A stretch of DNA of 32,000 nt from the NCBI RefSeq assembly GCF_018398935.1, contig NZ_CP074694.1, positions 3,690,001 to 3,722,000 of the forward strand. The letters run 5' to 3'. The DNA comes from Telmatocola sphagniphila. GTDB lineage: Bacteria > Planctomycetota > Planctomycetia > Gemmatales > Gemmataceae. Made by a program: the position numbers and the translations under genes. Positions 25,684 through 32,000 of the stretch are shown in pieces (position 1 is the first letter of the stretch; each line of letters starts with the position of its first letter). The notes under the pieces were generated by a model that saw nothing but the letters and a program-made list of their open reading frames with translations, was not told the origin of the DNA and ran no database searches.

Positions 25684-26573
25684 GCAGCGTCTTCGATCCC
25701 ACCGAACTGAAACGCTTTGGCGGCCTGGCTTTACAGGCTCGCCAAGTCGTCGAAGGTTTTCTGACCGGTTCGCATCGCAGTCCCTACAAGGGGGCTTCGA
25801 TTGAATTCGCCGAGCATCGCCAGTATTCCCCGGGGGACGAGATCCGTCACATCGACTGGCGCGCTTACGGCAAAACCGACAAATATTTCGTCAAAGAGTA
25901 CGAGGAAGAGACCAATCTCCGCGCGTGGCTAGTGGTCGATGCCAGCGGTTCGATGAAATATCGGGGGAAAAGCCCGCTCAGCAAGTGGGAGTTTGCTCAG
26001 CAGGCGGCGGCCGCACTTTCCTACCTGCTGTTGCATCAGATGGATGCCGTGGGGCTGATCCTGCACGATTCCACGATCGGATCGGTACTCCCCACAAAAG
26101 CTCAACCTCGGCAACTCCTGCGAATCTGCAAAATGCTGGAAAGCGTCACTCCGCAGCGCGACACCGGTTTGTCCCTCGTCTGGACGGAAATTGCTAAACG
26201 CTATCTCCGTAGCCGATCCATCGTGATTCTGATCACCGATATTTTCGACGATGCGGCCCAGGTTCATCGAGCTTTGCAGCAATTTCGCTATCAGAATCAG
26301 GAAGTCATTCTGCTGCAGATTCTGGCGCCTGAGGAGGTCGAATTCCCGTTCACCCGGCCTTCCGAATTTCGATCTCTTGAGGGTAAAGATCTGCAGAGAA
26401 TTCAGCCTCGTCAATTGCGCGATGAGTACCTGCGTCGGCTCCAGGAACATACGGATGAGATCAAAAGAATCACCCGTCAGTTGCGAATTGATTACCTGAG
26501 AATGCGAACCGATGAGCCGATGGATCGATTACTGGGGGCTTTCTTGCGTCGTCGGCACGGCCAGCGCGGTTAG
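25680..26573 (+). CDS. DUF58 (vWA-like) protein, MoxR partner
   Basis: 297-aa ORF overlapping the MoxR stop by 4 nt (atga). [48 protein letters not shown] is the DUF58 signature. VVDASGSM is a MIDAS-like motif. Confidence 0.85.
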   Translation: MSSVFDPTELKRFGGLALQARQVVEGFLTGSHRSPYKGASIEFAEHRQYSPGDEIRHIDWRAYGKTDKYFVKEYEEETNLRAWLVVDASGSMKYRGKSPLSKWEFAQQAAAALSYLLLHQMDAVGLILHDSTIGSVLPTKAQPRQLLRICKMLESVTPQRDTGLSLVWTEIAKRYLRSRSIVILITDIFDDAAQVHRALQQFRYQNQEVILLQILAPEEVEFPFTRPSEFRSLEGKDLQRIQPRQLRDEYLRRLQEHTDEIKRITRQLRIDYLRMRTDEPMDRLLGAFLRRRHGQRG

Positions 26574-26578
26574 CGGCC

Positions 26579-27712
26579 TCAGTTGATATCGAAAGTCCAG
26601 TCTTGGGTCCCATACTTCGCGGCAACCTTGCTCTCAGCCAGACCAAACTCATTCTGAGTGATGGCATCCAGCGTGCCGCCAAACTGCGTCTGAAAAAAAG
26701 CGAACAGCCTCTCCGCAATTTCACCGCGTTCTAACCCGGTTTGCCGTTTCAAAGGGCTGACTCGCTTAGAGGCGCTGGAAACCCCCTTTTTATCCGAGAG
26801 TTTCTCCCGGCTGATTCGAAGCACCCGGAGCATTTCTCCCGGGTCCATGTCGTAAGCGAGCGTGGTGTGATGCAGAACGTGACCGCCGCGACGGCACTGG
26901 GCCGCACCGCCGATTTTGCCGTCCGAACAAGCGATATCGTTGATCGGTACATGGTGGGCATCTACCCCGAGATTTCTCAATCCGGCAATCAGCCAGGCTT
27001 CGCAAATTTCGTAAGACTGGCGAATGGATAAGCCGCTTAAAAGTGTTTCAGGCAGATAGAGCGAATACGTGATGGCCCCGTGCGGCTGAAGAAACATCGC
27101 TCCGCCGCCGGTCATGCGACGGACGAGACGGATTTTTTCCCGTTCCACATAATCCAGATCGACTTCGTTGCTCGGCGATTGCGAACGACCGATAATCACG
27201 GCCGGGGCATTCCAGCGCCAGAAGCGCAAAGTGGGGGGGCGATGCCCGGCGATCACTTCTTCCAGCAGAATTTCATCCAGGGCCACGTTGAGTTCGGGAC
27301 TGAGGGCTTGTTCGGGAATCAATTTCCAGGACTGGGATTTCCAACGCTCGGTTAAATCGCGAATCTCATCCGCTGTAAACGCCCCGATGCGAGGCAGCGG
27401 TAATTCGAGATTTACCGCTAGATCGCCTACAGCCCGGCGGATGGCGATCGCCATCGCTTCCGACGAGGTGCCTAGCAGTTCTACCTCGACGGGTAACGCG
27501 GCCCTTATGCGGGCGGCCAGCGCCGCCACATCGGCATCCGCCCAGTATCCCTCGAGAGCTCGCGAGACATTTTCGAGGCTCGTTTTCGCCGCCGCTTCCG
27601 GATGAACGAAAAAATCCCCCGAAAAACTCACGTTTTTGAGCTTGTTCTCCAAGACTTCGAGATGAACGGAAACCAACTTACCACCCGGACTTTTGCACTC
27701 GCCCTGCTTCAA
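26579..27712 (-). CDS. Lipoate-protein ligase family protein with the accessory (LplA C-terminal / LplB-like) domain at the N-terminus
   Basis: 377-aa ORF with an apparent TTG start. Catalytic core: LRFWRWNAPAVIIGRSQ, RRMTGGGAMFLQPHGAITYSLYL, KIGGAAQCRRGGHVLHHTTLAYDMD (the lysine motif of LplA/LipB-type ligases). The first ~100 aa, KSPGGKLVSVHLEVLENKLKNVSFSGDFFVHPE, match the LplA C-terminal domain motif (GG.v.v...v..g.I....i.GDF). Confidence 0.85.
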   Translation of the reverse strand: MKQGECKSPGGKLVSVHLEVLENKLKNVSFSGDFFVHPEAAAKTSLENVSRALEGYWADADVAALAARIRAALPVEVELLGTSSEAMAIAIRRAVGDLAVNLELPLPRIGAFTADEIRDLTERWKSQSWKLIPEQALSPELNVALDEILLEEVIAGHRPPTLRFWRWNAPAVIIGRSQSPSNEVDLDYVEREKIRLVRRMTGGGAMFLQPHGAITYSLYLPETLLSGLSIRQSYEICEAWLIAGLRNLGVDAHHVPINDIACSDGKIGGAAQCRRGGHVLHHTTLAYDMDPGEMLRVLRISREKLSDKKGVSSASKRVSPLKRQTGLERGEIAERLFAFFQTQFGGTLDAITQNEFGLAESKVAAKYGTQDWTFDIN

Positions 27713-27799
27713 GTGACAACCTTGTTACAAGAAACCATTTACCATTGAAGATCGTCTCAGTTACAACTAAGCATCGGCCCAATCGTCTGAGAGATCCTC

Positions 27800-30367
27800 A
27801 TGTTGACCCGATTTTTCCTCTATTCTATGGTCCTGGCCCTGCTTTCGAACCCCTCGGTCCGAGCAGCAGACGCCTCGGATAAAGAAATATCCAAGATTCT
27901 GAATACCCACTGCCACCGCTGCCATGGCCAGAACGGCTCGATCGAAGGCGGAATGAATTACATCACCGATCTCAATCGGCTCTTGCAAAAACGGCTGATT
28001 GTGGCCGGCAAACCTGAGGAATCGCCTCTTTTAAAGAGAATGGTCAAAGGGGAAATGCCCCCGGGCGATGAAGTGCCTCGCCCTTCGCCGGCTGAGATAG
28101 AAAAACTTCGCAAGTGGATAGCCGAAGGGGCCAAGCTGGAAAACTCTTCCGCGGCCGCCCCTTGGATCGCGCCGTTACAGGAACTGCAGTGGATTCAGGA
28201 CGATCTGCTGAAAATCGAGTCCCGTTCTCGAAAATTCCAACGCTACATCAGCTTCACGGCCATTTCGAATGCCGGAGCGAACGAAGACGAGTTGAAGACC
28301 TATCAGAATGCTCTTTCGAAGTTGATCAATTCGCTTTCCTGGCATCCGGAGATTCGAATTCCCCAGAAGGTCGATGCCCGGGGTACGCTTTATCGCATCG
28401 ATCTCCGCTGGTATCTCTGGGATGCGGTTCTCTGGAATCGAATTCTCCAGGATTACCCTTATGGCATACAAACCGACAGCTTCCTGGAACGCGTTATTGC
28501 CAGCCTCTCGTCCAGTCGGCTTCCCGTGATTCGCGGGGACTGGTTGATTGCCACGGCGAGCCGGCCACAGTTGTATCAGGATATTTTGCGCCTGCCAGCC
28601 GCGTTACCGGAGTTGGAACGACAACTCCGCGTGGAATCGGAAATTGACATCCAACAGGACCGCGTGATTCGTGTGGCATTCAACGGATCGGGCATCTCTA
28701 AAAACAATCGCATACTCGAACGGCACGTCGGCTCGACGGGATATTATTGGCGAACGTATGATTTCGAGGAAGTTCCCCAGAATCTGGTGGATCGCGGCAA
28801 TCTCCTCCCCGATCGCCGCAATGTGTTTGCCTATCCCCTGGGGCCGGGAAATCTGGTCGAGCAGTTCCAGCACGCGGGCGGAGAGGCCATTTTTCGACTG
28901 CCCAACGGTTTACAGGCCTACTTCATCATGAACGCCGTGAATAACCGCCTGGATAAAGCGCCGGTGGCAATCGTCAGCGATCCGAAACGACCCGACCGGG
29001 CCGTGGAGCTGGGCATCTCCTGCATGGGCTGTCATATCACCGGGATTCTGCCCAAGGCCGATCAGATGCACGATCATCTTTTGAAAAATGCCCGGGCTTT
29101 CAAAAAAGGGGATCTGGAGACCGCTCTATCGCTTTACCCGGATAAAGAACGGAGTTTGAAACAGATGGAGCAGGACAGTCAGCAGTTTCAAAAAGCGCTG
29201 GCAATGACCGGTACGCCGAAATCGAAAAATGAACCCATCATCGCACTTACGCAGCGTTACGAGGGAGATCTGACGGCCATCCAGGCCGCGGCCGAATTGG
29301 GTTTACCTTTCGAAGAGATGCAAAATCGTCTGGCAAATCTCCACGACTTGAATCGCAATGTGGGGGCACTTCGCGTGTCCGGAGGTGTGATTCCTCGCCA
29401 GGTCTGGCTTCAAGCCTATCCGGATCTGGTCACGGGCCTCCAGGTAGGCCATATTTTCCAGGCGAACCGGGATAGTGGCCGCTTGCCCGACAACACCGGG
29501 GATGTCGATCCTTTGGAAAATATTTCGGGAACGGCGAACGCGATGGTTTTTACCGGCGATGGTCGGACAGCCTTTCTGGCTTCCGGCGACAAAACGATTC
29601 GAGTGATGGATGTGGAAGGCCAAAGAGACGGGAAAAGATTCATCGGGCACTCCGCGGCGGTGTGGGCGATTGACCTCTCAGCGAACGAAGAATGGCTGGT
29701 TTCGGGGTCTGCTGACCGCTCGGTAAGAGTTTGGGAACGAAAAATATTCGAGGAAAAAATTCGCTTTGAAGGTCACGACAGTACTGTCACGCAGGTGAAA
29801 TTTGGACCTTCGGGGACAATTTTCTCAGCCGGGATGGATGGAAAACTGCTCGCCTGGGAGAGAAAAAATCCGAAAGAATATTTTCGAAAATGGGATTTTG
29901 GCCTGCCGATCTCCTTTTTTGCCCTAGATTCAGCGGGCGACAAATTAGCCGTTGGGTTCGATTCGAAAGTCCAAATTCTTGATATCGGTACCCAAAAAAT
30001 TCTTTCGGAACTGCTTCCAGGCGGGGGAACTATTCGCGGAATTATTTTTTTAAACGACCAGGAATTGGTGCTGGCGGGGGAAAAAGGAACCGTTCAGCGG
30101 TGGAATTTTGTTTCAAAAAATAAATCTAATGAGTGGCAGACCGGCCATGGAATTCTGACTTTCCTGGCCGTCTCAGCGGACAAAAAACGATTTCTGACTG
30201 CGGGATCCGATAACAAAATATCCGTTTGGAACTTCGGGAACGCCAAACCGCACAAAACATTTGGCCCTTTACCACAATCGGTAGCCGGAATTTTTTGTAC
30301 CTCGAGCAACAAACAAATTATTGCGGGGACAAAAGAGGCGGGATTTAAATTCTGGAAGAATGATTGA
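27800..30367 (+). CDS. Secreted PSCyt1-type cytochrome c domain protein with a second CxxCH site and a C-terminal WD40 beta-propeller
   Basis: 855-aa ORF. Signal peptide MLTRFFLYSMVLALLSNPSVRA. CHRCH (27911-27925) followed by ...IVAGKPEESPLLKRMVKGEMPPG (planctomycete cytochrome c pattern). CMGCH at 29021-29035. WD40 repeats from ~29520 (GHSAAVWAIDLSANEEWLVSGSADRSVRVWE, GHDSTVTQVKF...). Confidence 0.8.
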   Translation: MLTRFFLYSMVLALLSNPSVRAADASDKEISKILNTHCHRCHGQNGSIEGGMNYITDLNRLLQKRLIVAGKPEESPLLKRMVKGEMPPGDEVPRPSPAEIEKLRKWIAEGAKLENSSAAAPWIAPLQELQWIQDDLLKIESRSRKFQRYISFTAISNAGANEDELKTYQNALSKLINSLSWHPEIRIPQKVDARGTLYRIDLRWYLWDAVLWNRILQDYPYGIQTDSFLERVIASLSSSRLPVIRGDWLIATASRPQLYQDILRLPAALPELERQLRVESEIDIQQDRVIRVAFNGSGISKNNRILERHVGSTGYYWRTYDFEEVPQNLVDRGNLLPDRRNVFAYPLGPGNLVEQFQHAGGEAIFRLPNGLQAYFIMNAVNNRLDKAPVAIVSDPKRPDRAVELGISCMGCHITGILPKADQMHDHLLKNARAFKKGDLETALSLYPDKERSLKQMEQDSQQFQKALAMTGTPKSKNEPIIALTQRYEGDLTAIQAAAELGLPFEEMQNRLANLHDLNRNVGALRVSGGVIPRQVWLQAYPDLVTGLQVGHIFQANRDSGRLPDNTGDVDPLENISGTANAMVFTGDGRTAFLASGDKTIRVMDVEGQRDGKRFIGHSAAVWAIDLSANEEWLVSGSADRSVRVWERKIFEEKIRFEGHDSTVTQVKFGPSGTIFSAGMDGKLLAWERKNPKEYFRKWDFGLPISFFALDSAGDKLAVGFDSKVQILDIGTQKILSELLPGGGTIRGIIFLNDQELVLAGEKGTVQRWNFVSKNKSNEWQTGHGILTFLAVSADKKRFLTAGSDNKISVWNFGNAKPHKTFGPLPQSVAGIFCTSSNKQIIAGTKEAGFKFWKND

Positions 30368-30398
30368 GAATTGCAAAAATCGGACGGAGTAAAACAGG

Positions 30399-30563
30399 CT
30401 ATTTGCGAAGTTCGCTAATATGCGGAATATGTATCGGCTTTTCCAGGGTTGTAATCGGTTGGAGTGCCTGAGTCTTAGAGCCGCTCCAGGGTGTAGGCAT
30501 GGCTAGGACAGGCCCGATGAGCAGGGTCCAGAGCGAAAGCAGCACCACAGGACGGAAACGCAT
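30399..30563 (-). CDS. Candidate small secreted peptide (54 aa), below the ORF-track cutoff
   Basis: My own translation of the minus strand: MRFRPVVLLSLWTLLIGPVLAMPTPWSGSKTQALQPITTLEKPIHIPHISELRK*. Signal-peptide-like N-terminus, weak AAAGG SD, promoter-like TTTACA-N17-TATCAA upstream. Confidence 0.25.
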   Translation of the reverse strand: MRFRPVVLLSLWTLLIGPVLAMPTPWSGSKTQALQPITTLEKPIHIPHISELRK

Positions 30564-30600
30564 TTTAGAACCTTTGCATTCCTACAAAAACCAGAAGTCC

Positions 30601-30629
30601 TTGATAGTTCATAATTCGCACTTTGTAAA
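30601..30629 (-). promoter_or_regulatory. Sigma70-like promoter candidate (TTTACA-17 nt-TATCAA) on the minus strand
   Basis: On the plus strand this reads ttgata (30601-30606) and tgtaaa (30624-30629) with a 17-nt spacer. Promoter consensus in this phylum is poorly known, so this is weak. Confidence 0.2.
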
Positions 30630-30683
30630 GCAAAATAAAGCCGGATTTTCAGGGAAAATTCGGTTTAATTATGAGAATTAAGC

Positions 30684-30725
30684 TGGAAAAAGAAAAAACC
30701 CACGCTGGGGGTTCAGCGTGGGTTT
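30684..30725 (-). terminator. Strong rho-independent terminator on the minus strand
   Basis: 12-bp stem aaacccacgctg / cagcgtgggttt with a 6-nt loop. On the minus strand it is followed by ttttttctttttcc. Confidence 0.7.
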
Positions 30726-30830
30726 GGGAGGAGGTAGCCCAAGGGGGTTGGGCTTTCGCATAAGAGCACCGGGGGAGGTGCTGTTTATTCAAATCAGCAA
30801 ATGATCGGGGGGAAAACTCGCTGAATACTG
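30684..30830 (-). ncRNA. Candidate small RNA: three hairpins with CCCCC loops, a single-stranded ACCUCCUCCC stretch and a terminator
   Basis: Minus-strand reading: ...uuuuccccccgauc...agcacc-UCCCCC-ggugcu...agcccaa-CCCCC-uugggcu-ACCUCCUCCC-aaacccacgcug-AACCCC-cagcguggguuu-UUUUUCUUUUU. Hairpins at 30765-30782, 30736-30754 and 30696-30725. The 5' end is unknown. Confidence 0.35.
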
Positions 30831-30855
30831 AGGGATTCCTTCCTGTTGGTGGATA

Positions 30856-30947
30856 CCTTGTGAAGGCAGATTTTAAGATCTGCCTTCACAAGGTCCTGTC
30901 CTGAGTTCCGGCTCAGGACTCTAATTCTCTGTTCCGACCCAGGTCGG
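30856..30947. repeat. Cluster of three palindromic stem-loops
   Basis: 16-bp perfect stem ccttgtgaaggcagat / atctgccttcacaagg (30856-30893, loop tttaag). 8-bp stem gtcctgag / ctcaggac (30898-30919). Short stem ccgac / gtcgg (30934-30947). Confidence 0.8.
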
Positions 30948-31127
30948 CTTTAAGTGAAATAAAGTGATGCAGCTGTCATGCCAAAGAGAAGATTTCCAGT
31001 CATCTACATCACAAGTGGTTGTTATGATGGGACTTATGAAAAGTCAGCCAATTTCTCGAGGAGGAAAATTGTATCCCGTGTGCAAAAAGTACAGAGACAA
31101 ATTGTAAAATTGTAAATTGTATAGGGC

Positions 31128-31183
31128 GCTTTCAGCGGTCAGCTTTCAGCGGTCAGCTTTCAGCGGTCAGCATTCAGCTTTCA
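31128..31183. repeat. Heptad array, 8 units (GCTTTCA/GCGGTCA alternating)
   Basis: gctttca gcggtca gctttca gcggtca gctttca gcggtca gcattca gctttca, read directly. Preceded by attgtaaa-type 8-bp repeats at 31099-31124. Confidence 0.9.
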
Positions 31184-31360
31184 TTGCAGATAGTCGTGTG
31201 AATACTCTTCAGTGAACGAACTGGCAATGATTTGATATGAGCCAGGGCTCCTAGACAACTCACCCTTACGTCAGCAGACACTTGATCACTGGCCTCTTTT
31301 TTCTCATTTCCTGAATATGTCGTTTACTGCTCATCTGGCCAGAGCTCTTATAATCCTAGC

Positions 31361-31388
31361 TGACCGCTGAAAGCTGAAAGCTGAAAGC
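31361..31388. repeat. Inverted heptad array, 4 units (reverse complement of the left array)
   Basis: tgaccgc tgaaagc tgaaagc tgaaagc. The 17-mer agctgaccgctgaaagc (31358-31374) is the exact reverse complement of gctttcagcggtcagct, which occurs twice in the left array. Confidence 0.9.
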
Positions 31389-31411
31389 TAATAAATAGAT
31401 TCTAAGCGCAT

Positions 31412-31445
31412 AAAAAAAACCCACCTCGTTACCGAGATGGGTTTT
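31412..31445 (-). terminator. Rho-independent terminator of the rRNA operon
   Basis: Minus strand: aaacccatctcg-gtaa-cgaggtgggttt followed by tttttt, immediately downstream of 5S. Confidence 0.75.
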
Positions 31446-31456
31446 CTTGTAAAAAA

Positions 31457-31564
31457 GCCGGCAATAACCTACTTTCGCGCTGGAAGCACTATCATCGGCC
31501 CTGGAAGCTTAACGACCGTGTTCGGAATGGGAACGGGTGTGGCCTTCCAGGTAAGCTCACCGGC
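31457..31564 (-). rRNA. rrf: 5S ribosomal RNA
   Basis: The reverse complement reads gccggtgagcttacctggaaggccacacccgttcccattccgaacacggtcgttaagcttccagggccgatgatagtgc...ggttattgccggc. It contains the universal CCCGUUCCCAUUCCGAACACGG...GUUAAGC core and a helix I closing stem. Ends are uncertain by a few nt. Confidence 0.9.
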
Positions 31565-31649
31565 AAATCGCCTGTATATCAGAAACAAATTGGTTGGGTT
31601 GTTGCAATCAAACTTCCACGATCTCTTCAAGAACTCATTGAGTTTGAAA

Positions 31650-32000
<351 letters not shown>

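Noticed and set aside
30696-30812. G-quadruplex on the plus strand (five G5-6 runs)
   Set aside because: The runs are separated by 15-30 nt, far beyond typical G4 loop lengths, and each run sits in a hairpin loop flanked by complementary arms.
30696-30830. CsrB/RsmZ-like GGA-loop RNA on the plus strand
   Set aside because: Only some of the G-runs contain GGA in a loop. The only strong intrinsic terminator (stem plus a long T-run) reads on the minus strand, so the plus-strand interpretation is less likely.
30978-31115. 45-codon plus-strand ORF (MPKRRFPVIYITSGCYDG...)
   Set aside because: No SD, and it ends within the 8-bp tandem repeats. It is probably a chance ORF in AT-rich spacer.

Overview
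32-kb chromosomal window whose gene content fits a Planctomycetota (Gemmatales-like) genome: DUF1501, a PSCyt1-type cytochrome c fused to WD40 repeats, porin-like beta-barrels with S/P/T-rich linkers, a MoxR-DUF58 pair, and a 23S-5S rRNA operon end. Left to right: the C-terminal part of an FtsK/SpoIIIE (EssC-like) multi-ATPase; a 113-bp tandem array; a HemN-family radical SAM gene followed by a GcvH-like lipoyl-carrier gene; tmRNA (ssrA) with its terminator; a small AT-richer islet holding orphan genes and an ISAs1-family IS with intact inverted repeats, a 10-bp target duplication and a frameshifted transposase; a minus-strand operon of beta-barrel, TolC-like OMF, MFP and an oversized CzcA/CusA-type RND pump; a TPR-DUF3299-like gene divergent from a second beta-barrel gene; a four-gene plus-strand cassette (split DsbD alpha | beta-gamma, a CPFC/CPC protein, and a secreted protein built of nine Cys-Cys doublets in heptad register); DUF1501; MoxR-DUF58; a domain-permuted lipoate-protein ligase; a two-CxxCH cytochrome c/WD40 protein; about 1 kb of highly structured non-coding DNA (a C-run hairpin RNA candidate with an intrinsic terminator, and inverted heptad-repeat arrays); then 5S and the 3' end of 23S rRNA on the minus strand. 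The best candidates for something undescribed are the DsbD-linked CC-heptad cassette, the 113-bp array, the rSAM/H-protein pair (with the permuted LplA elsewhere in the window) and the structured RNA region. All functional calls come from motif recognition by eye; no searches were run.
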